Positions 28,652-40,078 of a DNA stretch of 64,000 bases are shown here, in pieces. The position numbers were made by a program, and so were the translations under genes. Source of the DNA: Nitrospirota bacterium (GTDB taxonomy: Bacteria > Nitrospirota > Nitrospiria > Nitrospirales > Nitrospiraceae). How positions within the stretch are numbered: position 1 is the stretch's first letter; each line of letters opens with the position of its first letter. Where the stretch lies: the NCBI GenBank assembly GCA_963701855.1, contig CAVPBK010000009.1, positions 448,001-512,000 of the forward strand, read 5' to 3'. Below the pieces are notes generated by a model. That model was given only the letters and a program-made list of their open reading frames with translations. It was not told the origin of the DNA and did no database searches.

Positions 28652-30298
28652 GTGAGTGACATCAAGATCAAAGAGACCCCGGTCGAGGATGAACAGGCCC
28701 AACCGATCCTGACCCACGAAAAGTCCCTGTCTCAGAAAATCGCCCGCGGATCGGAAGCCGGGGACATCCTTGACCAACAGATGGTCATGCTGGGAATTCA
28801 GCTGGTCACACAACTGAACGTGTTGATTAAGACCTCTCGCATCTATGAGCGCACCAACTCGGCACTGGATAAACCCGTCGACGCAATTCTAACCTTGATT
28901 AAGACCATGGCACATGACCAACCGGTCACACTCCGCCTGCAAAATGATTTCTTGTTTCTCGGTGACAGTCACTTGAAAGTGACCGCACAGCAGATGGCCG
29001 TGGCCACCAGCATCATCGATGTCTTGAACACCTGGAAGATCGGCGGAATGATATTCTCATTGGCCGTGGAGTCGAAAGATCTGCGTGAGTTCGCCGCACT
29101 CTTTGTCAGCTTTGACCCTGGCAACAAATCTCTCGAAGACCTTCAGAAAGAAATCAGGACACGGGGGATCGCCGGCATTGATCTAGAAGAGCAACGGCAG
29201 CTGCAAATCCGAAAAGGATCCGGAACAGCAGAGAATACAGGACCCGGAACGGCGGGGAATACGGGGCTAGGAACAGGGGGAAATACGGGACCCGGAACGG
29301 CGGAGAACACAAAGCCAGATGGCACAGAAAGCGTCGATCCGAAAATGCAACGAAGAGCGAACGCCAGGAACGCCTATGCCAAAGTGGCTGGATCAGTCGG
29401 AACTTTGACGCAATCATCCCGGGAGGGAGGATCGATCAGTTTCAAACAGGCGAAGCGAGCCATCCAAAACATCATCGACCTCATGGTAGATGACGAAACC
29501 GCGGTCCTCGGCCTTACGACTCTTCGTTGCCACGATCAGTACACACATAACCATTCGGTCAATGTCTCGTTGCTGTCCATGGCACTCGGCAATCGAGTCG
29601 GCTATCCGAAGGTAGACCTTGCCGACCTGGGGTTGGCTTCATTGTTTCACGATGTTGGGAAATGTGCGATTTCTCTGGATATTCTCAATAAGCCCGGCGA
29701 GTTCACAAATGAAGAGTGGGAAATCATGCGGACTCACCCGACTGAAGGAGTGCTGGCCCTCATTAAGCTGCGCGGTTTCAGCGAGGTACCGGCACGCATG
29801 GCCGCCGCTTCGTTTGAGCACCATATGAACTACGACTTTTCCGGCTATCCCAAACTGGCTGCTCCATGGACACAGAGTCTCTCCAGTCGAATCGTGACGA
29901 TTGCCGATTGTTACGATGCCATGACCTCTTCTCGCGTCTACCGCCGCGAACCGATGTCCCCATCGAAAGCGTTGAACCTGATGCTCTCAAAATCAGGCAA
30001 ATCATTTGATGCGGTGCTCCTCAAGCTGTTCGTGAACTGTGTCGGCATTATCCCCATCGGCAGCCTAGTAATGATCGAGACAAGTGAACTGGCGGTCGTA
30101 CTCAAGCCAGCTATCGACAAGAAAAATGCCGAACGACCGTTCGTCAAGATCATCACTGATCCACAGGGGAACTCGGTCGATCACGGGCGTGAAATAGACC
30201 TGACCGAGAAAGATGAGACCGGAGATTTCCGCCACAACATTATTCGCTTGATCGACAACACTGAATACAAGTTCGACACCAGTAAATACTTCGTCTAA
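28652..30298 (+). CDS. HD-GYP domain protein (putative cyclic-dinucleotide phosphodiesterase)
   Basis: YTHNHSVNV, FHDVGK, EHH...SGYP and IADCYDAMTS. Confidence 0.9.
   Translation: MSDIKIKETPVEDEQAQPILTHEKSLSQKIARGSEAGDILDQQMVMLGIQLVTQLNVLIKTSRIYERTNSALDKPVDAILTLIKTMAHDQPVTLRLQNDFLFLGDSHLKVTAQQMAVATSIIDVLNTWKIGGMIFSLAVESKDLREFAALFVSFDPGNKSLEDLQKEIRTRGIAGIDLEEQRQLQIRKGSGTAENTGPGTAGNTGLGTGGNTGPGTAENTKPDGTESVDPKMQRRANARNAYAKVAGSVGTLTQSSREGGSISFKQAKRAIQNIIDLMVDDETAVLGLTTLRCHDQYTHNHSVNVSLLSMALGNRVGYPKVDLADLGLASLFHDVGKCAISLDILNKPGEFTNEEWEIMRTHPTEGVLALIKLRGFSEVPARMAAASFEHHMNYDFSGYPKLAAPWTQSLSSRIVTIADCYDAMTSSRVYRREPMSPSKALNLMLSKSGKSFDAVLLKLFVNCVGIIPIGSLVMIETSELAVVLKPAIDKKNAERPFVKIITDPQGNSVDHGREIDLTEKDETGDFRHNIIRLIDNTEYKFDTSKYFV
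29222..29317 (+). repeat. Coding 24-bp tandem repeat x4 (GTAENTGP-like)
   Basis: ggaacagcagagaatacaggaccc / ggaacggcggggaatacggggcta / ggaacagggggaaatacgggaccc / ggaacggcggagaacacaaagcca. Confidence 0.85.
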
Positions 30299-30455
30299 CA
30301 GGATGCTGAAAAGTCAATCTTCTCACACGCCCAACCCCGGCGCGTCGAGACGCGCATTTTCCCAATGCATCGTTCAGATCCTCAACATGCTCCAGCGGAT
30401 ACACCTCGGCTCTTCACTCGTTGCGGCTCTGATGGACGACATTTTGAGCATCCTG
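30299..30455. repeat. Family-A MITE-like repeat (longer variant)
   Basis: CAGGATGCTGAAAA...TTTTGAGCATCCTG. Confidence 0.8.
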
Positions 30456-30633
30456 CGCAAGGGTTCTCATGTTGTGTCACACGTGCGGACCAACAAGGTT
30501 CTTGCGTGCCTTCACAGTTTTTCCGCCACCGTCTAGCCTCCGCGCAGCCCAATCCCTTGACAGAGACTGGCCTCCCAGCTATTCTCGCTACGGTTACACT
30601 GACCACACTGTTTACCAACAAGGAGCGCGAGTT

Positions 30634-31197
30634 ATGCATATATCGGGAACCCTCTTAAGGCGCATCACCCTCCCCTTGGCCGCTGCAGGCATACTGTTAC
30701 TCGTATCTCTTCCTGCTGCACAAGCTACCGAGGCCTTCAAAATGGGTGTCGTCGATCCTCAGGCCGTCTTAGAGAAATCAAAAGCGGGCAAAAAAGCCTT
30801 GGACGGGCTCAAAGAATACGTCTCCACCAGGCAGAAGTTGTTGTCCGGCGACGAAGAGGACTTGCGTAATACGGAGAAGACACTCAAGGAGCAAGTCTCG
30901 AAACTAAGCGACACCGAGAAAAAAGAAAAAGAGACACAGTTCCGCACCAGGGTCCAAGAGTTTCAGAAACGCGCGCAAGAATTTAATCAGGAACTGCAGG
31001 GCAAGCAGAAAGAATTGGTCGATGAGTACATGAAGAAAATTTCCTCGGCCACAAAGACCGTTGCAGAAAAGGGCGGATTTGCCCTTGTCGTCGATAAGGG
31101 TAGCGAACAGACGGTCAAGATTGTGATCTACAGTAAAGACACCATCGATCTAACCGACCAGGTGATCAAGGAGTTCGATCGAGTCAACAGCAAATAA
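30634..31197 (+). CDS. skp: OmpH/Skp periplasmic chaperone
   Basis: Signal peptide, KMGVVDPQAVLEKS, coiled coil and IDLTDQVI; AAGGAG RBS. Confidence 0.9.
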   Translation: MHISGTLLRRITLPLAAAGILLLVSLPAAQATEAFKMGVVDPQAVLEKSKAGKKALDGLKEYVSTRQKLLSGDEEDLRNTEKTLKEQVSKLSDTEKKEKETQFRTRVQEFQKRAQEFNQELQGKQKELVDEYMKKISSATKTVAEKGGFALVVDKGSEQTVKIVIYSKDTIDLTDQVIKEFDRVNSK

Positions 31198-31242
31198 CCC
31201 TTCCTAAAACGTGAATGGGACCTCGGCCTCTCTGAGGTCCCA

Positions 31243-31611
31243 TCAACCCTCCATCGGATATCCAGCATCCCGCCAGCCTTTGATTCCCCCATCCATCGAG
31301 ACCACATTCGTATAGCCCATTTGCTGAAGCGCGTCCGCGGCTAACACCGACCGGTAGCCGCCTCCGCAATACAATAAAATAGCTTCCTCTTTATTGGGAA
31401 TAAGCGTTTCAACATCGCGTTCGATAACGCCTTTTCCCAGATGACGGGCGCCCTTCACATGATCTTTCTCGAACTCGTGGTCCTCACGCACATCGAGAAA
31501 GTGCAGCGCCTCACTCCGATCGAGTCGGGCCTTAGCCTGTGCCACCGTACATTCCTTAACCCGCATTCGTACCGCATCCACCAACTTGAGAAAACCAGGA
31601 TTATGTTTCAT
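31243..31611 (-). CDS. Rhodanese-like sulfurtransferase
   Basis: LDVREDHE, LYCGGGYRS and MDGGIKGW. Confidence 0.9.
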   Translation of the reverse strand: MKHNPGFLKLVDAVRMRVKECTVAQAKARLDRSEALHFLDVREDHEFEKDHVKGARHLGKGVIERDVETLIPNKEEAILLYCGGGYRSVLAADALQQMGYTNVVSMDGGIKGWRDAGYPMEG

Positions 31612-31636
31612 CCCCGCTCCCTTCCCAGCTCTTGCT

Positions 31637-32698
31637 TCAAAATAAGGCAGTCTGCTCAATCCCCGGCCTGCGAAACGTGGCAGGAACCGCTTTGTCATAA
31701 AAGGCTGATAACCCTGCCTTGCGTCTGGAAACCTCGAACAATTGTTCGATCATCGCCCAGTAGGGACCTACGCCACGGTGACGTTCGAAAAAGGCCCCCT
31801 CGCTGATTGACCCACCACGCACGTCCAGAATTCGATTCGTAATCTTGGTGATTCGATCTGGAAATGCCGCCGCCATTCGCTCCATGAATACCGACTCTAC
31901 AGGGCCAGACAGACGCAACAGTGTCGCCATCGCCACAACCGCCCCGGCTTGTTTCGCTCTGGCCAACAAATCAGGCACATCTTCATCGTTGAGGCCAGGA
32001 ATGATCGGAGACAGCGAGATGCCGGTGGGAATCCCGGCGTTTGCCAACGTCGCCATCGCCTCGAAACGTTTCTGGCTGGAGGGCGCATGAGGTTCGACTT
32101 TTCGCGCCACCTCATCGTCTGAAAACGGTATACTGAAATACACATGAACTGCCGCCTCCTGATGCAACCGACGCAGCACGTCTAGATCGCGCAAGACCAA
32201 CACCCCTTTCGTGATAATCCCGACCGGACTCCGATACTCAGCACAAACCTCCAAACAGGCCCGCGTCAATCCCAGCGAGGCTTCCAGTGGCTGATAACAA
32301 TCGGTGTTCCCCGAGAACAGGATCAGTTCGCCCTTCCACGAAGGTTTCTCGAATGTCCGTCGAAGCAGAGTCGCGGCCTCTCGCTTCACGACAATCTTAG
32401 ACTCGAAGTCAGTCCCAGCGCCGAATCCCCAATACTCATGCGTAGGTCTGGCATAGCAGTAGGCGCAGGCATGGAAGCAACCGCGATAGGGGTTGAGGCT
32501 CCATCGAAACGGCAAATCAGGGCTCTCGTTCCGACTGAGAATGTCACGGGTCGCATCTTCAAATATCTGCACCTGCACATGGGGCGCAGGCTCCAAGAGA
32601 TCTCGATGCTGTGATTCAAACGGATTAGGTGGATTCATCACCGTGCGCATCGGGGTATGGTCCTCGATCCTCCCGCTCTTGTCAACGGGACGAGCCAT
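31637..32698 (-). CDS. PA0069-family radical SAM protein
   Basis: SLNPYRGCFHACAYCYARPTHEY, TDCYQPLE and ITKG. Confidence 0.9.
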   Translation of the reverse strand: MARPVDKSGRIEDHTPMRTVMNPPNPFESQHRDLLEPAPHVQVQIFEDATRDILSRNESPDLPFRWSLNPYRGCFHACAYCYARPTHEYWGFGAGTDFESKIVVKREAATLLRRTFEKPSWKGELILFSGNTDCYQPLEASLGLTRACLEVCAEYRSPVGIITKGVLVLRDLDVLRRLHQEAAVHVYFSIPFSDDEVARKVEPHAPSSQKRFEAMATLANAGIPTGISLSPIIPGLNDEDVPDLLARAKQAGAVVAMATLLRLSGPVESVFMERMAAAFPDRITKITNRILDVRGGSISEGAFFERHRGVGPYWAMIEQLFEVSRRKAGLSAFYDKAVPATFRRPGIEQTALF

Positions 32699-32735
32699 GC
32701 ATGCCAGGCGGGAATATCACCGTCCGATTGATTGA

Positions 32736-34085
<1,350 letters not shown>

Positions 34086-34152
34086 AATACTCAGAACATT
34101 ATCCCGTCGCTAAGAGCAATCGTACAGACTCCGGGTCTGTCAAGCATGGTAT

Positions 34153-34191
34153 GGAGAGGTGACGGGGTGGCCGAACGTGCCAGTCTTGAAA
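34153..34191 (+). other. 5' half of tRNA-Ser left behind at the left att junction
   Basis: GGAGAGGTGACGGGGTGGCCGAACGTGCCAGTCTTGAAA matches 41931-41969 at 36/39; the last 23 nt are identical and end in the anticodon loop. Confidence 0.9.
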
Positions 34192-34458
34192 CGGATTCTT
34201 GGCTCCCCCAGCCCATTGATTCCCCTGCCAGTGGCAGCTTTCCGTGAGACACAGGCGGCCGTGCGTCGCCACGTATCCGCAACTTCCGCAACCCAGCCGC
34301 AACCCGTAAACATCTGAATCGCCGCATCCAGGAAACCGCAAGCTGAAGAACTCGACCGAGGGGCGAGCCTCCCTGCGCACACGTAACGTTCACAGCCTGA
34401 CACACAGCCCGGCCTCGTTTTTAGCACTACCTACGTTCTGAACGACGACGAAGCCAGT

Positions 34459-34854
34459 ATGCTCGAGGCGGCGCTGAAAGTAATGATTGCGCACTGCGAG
34501 CGTGAGTTGGCAGGCGGACCAAAAGCCCCATTGACCTCGGAGTTGGGTTGCGCGTGGCTGATGGATGGGGCACGGCAGATGCGGAAACGTGTGCATCTCA
34601 TAACAAGGGGCTATCGAGGGGAAGGCCCTATGACGAGCTACAGTATCTACTGTCACACATTAGCTCTGGATATCGATGAAGTGATGGTGCTCAAGGAGGC
34701 ACTGGAAGTGATGCGTGAGCATTGCAGGCGTGAGTTGGGCGGCGGGCCACAGGCGCCATATAGCGCGTGGCTGGATTGCGCATCGCAGGTAGAAGATCGT
34801 CTCTTCCAAAATTATGAAATGACGAGCTGCACTATCTTTGGAAACAACACATAA
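34459..34854 (+). CDS. Hypothetical protein with internal duplication
   Basis: MLEAALKVMIAHCERELAGGPKAP versus VLKEALEVMREHCRRELGGGPQAP. Confidence 0.55.
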   Translation: MLEAALKVMIAHCERELAGGPKAPLTSELGCAWLMDGARQMRKRVHLITRGYRGEGPMTSYSIYCHTLALDIDEVMVLKEALEVMREHCRRELGGGPQAPYSAWLDCASQVEDRLFQNYEMTSCTIFGNNT

Positions 34855-34977
34855 ACCTGTCCCTATTACTTCAGACCGCTACGTGAGTTGGGGGCGCCAT
34901 ATTGTTCAAGTTCGACCGGCGAGGCTAGGTCGACTATGGGAAGGGGTTAAGGTAAACAGATCGGGTACCGAGACATA

Positions 34978-35225
34978 CTACTTGCGCTGTTTCCGCCACT
35001 CCCACGGTGCCACCGGCTGCGGCTCGGCCCACAGTCCCCGCCTTGTCTCTCGCGCTTCGTTCTCTAACCCTTCCAGCACCGTATCTCCTGGCGCATACTT
35101 CCGATACCCCAGCACCAGCCTTGCTTCACGAGTTCCTGATTGAGGCTCACGCCATCGGGCAGGAGCACATCGGCAAGGGTGTGCCCGAACTTGTCGATGC
35201 GGTGCGTTTGGAACGTGACTTTATT
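34978..35225 (-). pseudogene. Thermonuclease (SNase-like) C-terminal fragment
   Basis: VTFQTHRIDKFGHTLADVLLPDGVSLNQELVKQGWCW(frameshift)YRKYAPGD...GLWAEPQPVAPWEWRK. Confidence 0.85.
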
Positions 35226-35429
35226 GCGGAAGGCGAGGTCAGAGGCGGCGTGCTTGGCGTTGGTCTCTTACACAACCCACTGGAGTTCGCGAGTGTAGCA
35301 TGTTTCGAGTAAGACACTCGTCACAGCGATCTCACAGGCAGAACCGTAGGAGATGCGGGCCTCGACGTTCTCGACAGACACATCTGGAGAATGTTCCGTG
35401 AGCATCTAGTCCCACGACTCGGATGCGAG

Positions 35430-35780
35430 CTAATCGCCGCAGAATTGGTGCAGCCGACGTTCGTTCTCCATCGACATCCGCAGGAAGGCGACCCCTGCCC
35501 GGTCCTCTTCGACCCACTGTACTTGGACAAGCTCACATAGCACGGAGCCGGTCCCGTCGTTCAGATCCACTTTGAGCGTCAGGTACTGCCCACGTGTGAG
35601 GGGTTTTGTGAGGCGGAGTCCACCCCCTCGCGTCGTGACATCGATCACCTGCCCACTGACGAGTCCTATTTTATCTGCAGCGGTCATGGGGAGAGTCACC
35701 ATCTTTCGCACATACCGCCGTAGATTCTTTCTTTGTTCGTGGCGATCCCGCTCGGACAACATGGGTAATGTTTCCTCCAT
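35430..35780 (-). CDS. PilZ-domain protein
   Basis: EQRKNLR (RxxxR), DVTTRGG (DxSxxG-like) and VQWVEEDRAGVAF. Confidence 0.8.
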   Translation of the reverse strand: MEETLPMLSERDRHEQRKNLRRYVRKMVTLPMTAADKIGLVSGQVIDVTTRGGGLRLTKPLTRGQYLTLKVDLNDGTGSVLCELVQVQWVEEDRAGVAFLRMSMENERRLHQFCGD

Positions 35781-35991
35781 GCGAATTCTCTTTCATGCTA
35801 GGCATCCTATGATGCACGAAGAGATCAGCAACTCTCATGCCAAGAGGACACCGTTCATGAAGATTCGCAAGTGCGTGAATTGTGATGGGGAAGATACTTA
35901 GGTGCAGGGCGTGTGTATGGGAATCAATACGGAGGAGAGAGAAACCATACAGTCGTGAGACTAGGCAGAGATCCCCCACCACATAGCGTCA

Positions 35992-36045
35992 CCAGGCCTG
36001 GCCCTTCTCAGGACAGTCGATCCCGCTGAGGCGGATGCGTTTCAG
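35992..36045 (-). pseudogene. Thermonuclease internal fragment
   Basis: Translates as RIRLSGIDCPEKGQA. Confidence 0.7.
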
Positions 36046-36075
36046 GGTGGCGGCAGATCACCAGTGCTGGATCAC

Positions 36076-36612
36076 TTACTGTCTTGTCTTGCGAAGTTTT
36101 TCCTCTTCCTCTCTGGCCTTTTCCGCTCTAGCAAATTCTCCGGCCTGTTCTACCACTTTGAGATAATCCTGGGCACGCTGGTGCATCGCCCGATCATATT
36201 CTCTGTCCCAGTTTTTCCACTGCTCCGCGGACCACGTTATGTGCTGCTCCGCGAGTTTGCGCTGCTGGATTTGCTTACTTAGCAGGTAGTCTTGTTGCAG
36301 TTTGGCCTGCCGTTCTTGACGCATTCTTGCGAAACCCTAATTCATGTTTGATAGTATTTCTTCACGATGAAGTTTCTGTAGTGCACCGGCGCTCGGCATT
36401 GGCTCATTCGGATGTTGTTGTCTCCATTCCTTCTCCCATCGTAGTCTTTGTTGCACTTGCGCCGATGTACCGTGTTCACGCTGGTCGCGTTCCAGCATTC
36501 CTCTCTGGTCTCTTTCATATGGAGTTTCAGCTTGTGCCATGGTGACCAAAAAGACTGATCCTGAGCCAGCTATGCCTATGGCTAGCGATAAAGTCAGTAA
36601 TGTAGCCTTCAT
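36076..36612 (-). pseudogene. Exported coiled-coil protein split by an in-frame TAG (36337-36339)
   Basis: ORFs 36337-36612 and 36076-36324 share a frame (...SNMN*GFARMRQERQ); signal peptide; AGGAG RBS. Confidence 0.7.
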
Positions 36613-36892
36613 TTTGAGTCTCCTACTAAGACGGACCAGCGTTGTACGTGACGGAGCACTGCACCGGGAAGCGACGGAAGGGGCGAATCGAGAACGGCAT
36701 GGGGGCCTCGCCCGCAGGGAAGCGTATTGTAGTAGGGTGGCTCATGGGGCACAAGAACTGAGGAGGATAGTGGTATTTATTCGCACAGGCAGGAGAGGGC
36801 AGAGAGAGCGAGAAATCGTCGGCCCTACATAGCAAACACAGTATAAATCTACTATAGACCAGCTCCCTGCGCTTATACCGCAAGGTAGAGGG

Positions 36893-37210
36893 TTAACGCA
36901 TCAAGAGAATGATGAGACCGATGAGACTCCACAACGTGAGAGACAGGCGAATTCCATTGATAATTCCCATTGTAGGAGCGAGAGCTTCAATCTCAACCTC
37001 CTCCTCCGTAATGTCCGGTACCAGGCTTAACTGAGGGGAGCGGGTCTTGGCTTTGGATGTTTGAAGTACAGCCAGGCTCTCATCGGCTAAGGCTAAATTT
37101 CCCCACGATGGCGGATGCTGCCGAGTTTCCCGTTTTCCTTTCGTGTGCAGTCGCGCATTTCCCTCTGAATCACCATTTGCCACGAACCCCCTGCAGCGTG
37201 AATATGGCAT
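36893..37210 (-). CDS. Hypothetical protein with C-terminal TM helix
   Basis: AAGGAGG RBS before MPYSRC; ends LSLTLWSLIGLIILLMR. Confidence 0.55.
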   Translation of the reverse strand: MPYSRCRGFVANGDSEGNARLHTKGKRETRQHPPSWGNLALADESLAVLQTSKAKTRSPQLSLVPDITEEEVEIEALAPTMGIINGIRLSLTLWSLIGLIILLMR

Positions 37211-37653
37211 GATCGCCCTCCTTGGTGCAGGCTTAGAACCTTGTCCATTTATGATACCGCAACAATGATACCGCGGCCATGGCCCCCCCAAGACCGAAAA
37301 GAGGTATCGCGGAAATATGTTCCTTTCCCAAGGGGATTCTTCAAGCCTTTGATGGATGGTTGTGAAATTCCCTTTTCTTTCCACACACGTAGCGCAGTTG
37401 GCGGGCATCTCTCTTTGTTGCTCGTCACTCCATTGTGATCAGTTTGCCGTTCTTCTTCACGATAGAATACCCACCGGGTCCATGCTCCTACAGATTTTTT
37501 TGCACCCTGGAGACAAAAAAGAGCCTTGTTTGGTATGCAGGGGATCGGTTAGGGCAGCCGCACCCTGACTTATTTAGGCCTATGATTCTGGTGCCGCTGA
37601 AAGCGACGCAGGCTGACTCCAACCGCGCCAACGCCAAGAAATAAGACTGTCCA

Positions 37654-38122
37654 CTATCGCTCTTTCCTCTTCCGCCACTCCCGCAGCGGCACCGACTTTG
37701 GATCGGCCCACAACCCTATCCTAGCCTCTCGCGCATCGTTCTCTAACCACTCCGCACCGTATCTCCTGGTGCATACTTCCGATACCACCAGCACCAGCCT
37801 TCTTCGACGAGTGTGTGGTTGACGTGAGTGCTATCCAGCAGGAACACATCAGCCAGGGCGCGCCGGTACTTGTCCTGCCGTGAGTCTGGAAGATGACATC
37901 TTTCCCGAAAACTAACGCTGACGCAGCCTGCTTCGCTCGCTTGCCGTAAGCTTAGCCTTTCTCCTGGCAGTCGATCCCGCTGAAGCGGATGCGTTCAGCG
38001 TGGCCATTGTGCAGGACTTCGATGGTATCGCCGTCGAGGACGGAGACGACGGGGCCGGTGAAGTCAGCGAGCGCACCCAAGGGGTGGAGCAAGAACAGAA
38101 GTATACTGACTAGGTATCGCAT
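37654..38122 (-). pseudogene. Full-length thermonuclease pseudogene
   Basis: MRYLVSILLFLLHPLGALADFTGPVVSVLDGDTIEVLHNGHAERIRFSGIDCQEKG*AYGKRAK...; further frameshifts before GLWADPK...EWRK. Confidence 0.9.
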
Positions 38123-38229
38123 CTGTCGCCTACTGCCTCACTTTCGCTTCGTCATAATCTGATCCTTGACCTTGCTGATCTTTGACCTTGTCATAGGCAC
38201 CAGGTGGGACATTCTGCTCTGCGCGAGAT

Positions 38230-38529
38230 CTAGAACCATTGGATGCAAGGCAGGACAAAGAGATGAAGGGGAAGTGGCACTTTGCCCTCTCCGGTGAGCT
38301 TCCGTTGCCAATTATGAGTGCGTTCCCGGAAGCCACTGAGTTCCTCATCTTGAATTCCTGCAAATAGCATCGTATTAATACCGCCCCCGTAAATTGCGTC
38401 AAGATCATGCCCCGTCTCGCCTTTCCCGTGGGCCTTATCCACAAACGTGAAGGAGAGGTGTTCTGCCTCCAGCCACTTACGCACTTCGTCTTCCAGTGAT
38501 GAGCGAAACGTCATAATGATCATCTGCAT
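38230..38529 (-). CDS. PII-like small protein (PG0541-type)
   Basis: MQMIIMTFRSSLEDEV...FTFVDKAHGKGETG...NTMLF pattern; GAGG RBS. Confidence 0.6.
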   Translation of the reverse strand: MQMIIMTFRSSLEDEVRKWLEAEHLSFTFVDKAHGKGETGHDLDAIYGGGINTMLFAGIQDEELSGFRERTHNWQRKLTGEGKVPLPLHLFVLPCIQWF

Positions 38530-38621
38530 GAGATGTCCCTCCCTTGTTAGTGCATCGTCCCCATTCACCACCCGCTGCCCCATTTCAATGATTCCGCCTC
38601 ACCGGTTCGAGCAGCACCTTA

Positions 38622-39065
38622 TCATTTTTTGCTGCAGGCAAATGACCACACAGTATGACCAACAGTTCTTGGTTCAATTGGTATCCAGTTCCCTTCGGCA
38701 GAATAACTGAAAACCACATTACCGTTTCCCATATTGCCGGACCACCACCTATACCCAAGCCTCCGCTGAAATGTCTCCCTGCAGTTGGCTTCCAATTGCA
38801 CAGAGTCAGACAAATGCGCCACGCCCATCACTAATTGAAGAGTCTTGTAGTCGTACAAGATCCACAACTTCACCAGATTCCCATTGCGGCGAATAGTATC
38901 TGGATCGGCGTACACGTCATAACCGCCCTCCATTTTGGTGAGAAAAGTCGACACCCACTCCGCATACGCTAGGCCACTACCCAGCAATAGCAGGATAATC
39001 AGTGACCGGAAACCCAAAAAGTAACTCAACGGCAAGTGGCGGAACGGACGAATCGAGAAGAGCAT
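38622..39065 (-). CDS. Exported protein, surface-adhesin-E-like family
   Basis: Signal ending AYA/EW; YADPDTIRRNGNLVKLWILYDY...EANC...WIPIEP...AC. Confidence 0.75.
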   Translation of the reverse strand: MLFSIRPFRHLPLSYFLGFRSLIILLLLGSGLAYAEWVSTFLTKMEGGYDVYADPDTIRRNGNLVKLWILYDYKTLQLVMGVAHLSDSVQLEANCRETFQRRLGYRWWSGNMGNGNVVFSYSAEGNWIPIEPRTVGHTVWSFACSKK

Positions 39066-40078
39066 AGAGGCCTCGCAGGGAGGCGTATTGTAGGAGAGAA
39101 GCGAAGGACGGCGCAAGGGAGAGTGGGACAATGGTTGTATTCCTGCTAGGCTCGACCATACCGAAAGGGATAGGGGAAGGCTGGGTGAACTAGTTTCGTC
39201 GTATTATTATGTGCTGCCACTGGGCGAGGCTGCTTTCACATGGCCCAGATCCTTTAGAATCTCAATGAGGTCCTGGACTTCGATTCATTGACGGAGCCGA
39301 TCCAAGCGTATGCCGATTGGCTCTGCGCCTTGAAGAAAGACGACACCGCCGGTTCTCGTGGAACCACGGTCCCGCTGCCACCCCTGCAGCCGGTCGTGGA
39401 GAAAAGAGCCGCGTGGCACGAGTATCCGAGCTGAGGAGCGCAAAGATTACGTTCAGCCGAAGATCCATCGCGCCGCCGCATACGGTAGCGCGATCGACAC
39501 GAGCATGAGGAATACGTCTTGTAACATCGGGCACCTCCCCCAGTGAGATGAAGCGAGAACGATACGCTCTCGGGGAACTTGCTCGCTGAGCAATTTTGAT
39601 CAGATTGCGAAATTTGATGCGCGACCGCACCACCCACCCGTTAGGAGGAGAAAGATTATGGGAGTGATCGACAGACTAGGCCAGCCGCAGTTTGTTCAGC
39701 AGTTCATTGGCGCTCTGCACGATGACATCTCGGTCTTTCGAGGTGAGGGGCTCACGGGCCAAGAGGGCATGAATGAGCTCACAGGCGTTTACGAAATTCT
39801 TAGCCTCTTTTCCAATTGGAAGCTGAGAAATCATGAGGGACGCTCCTGGACAGAATTAGAGGAAACTGAGCAATGGGACAGGGTGAGGGACGCTATACCG
39901 GCTTCACGAGACTCAGCAGCTCAATGGCGCTGTATTCGATGATGTCTCGATCCTCAGGCGTGAGCGTGTGTCTGCGCTCAACAGGGCATTAATAGCTTCG
40001 CAAGCGCGGACGAAATCCGTAACTTCTTTCCCAATAAAAGGCATGGGGGCTCTCCTCTCCCGCTGGCAGGATACGGGT

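Noticed and set aside
34200..34213. Minus-strand GCTGGGGGAGCCA as another tRNA 3'-end att relic
   Set aside because: Only ~13 nt with no T-arm; chance cannot be excluded without a search.
39254..39942. Several short overlapping ORFs (also 14257-14844 and 42600-42900)
   Set aside because: No recognisable motifs or consistent frame; probably decayed or non-coding.
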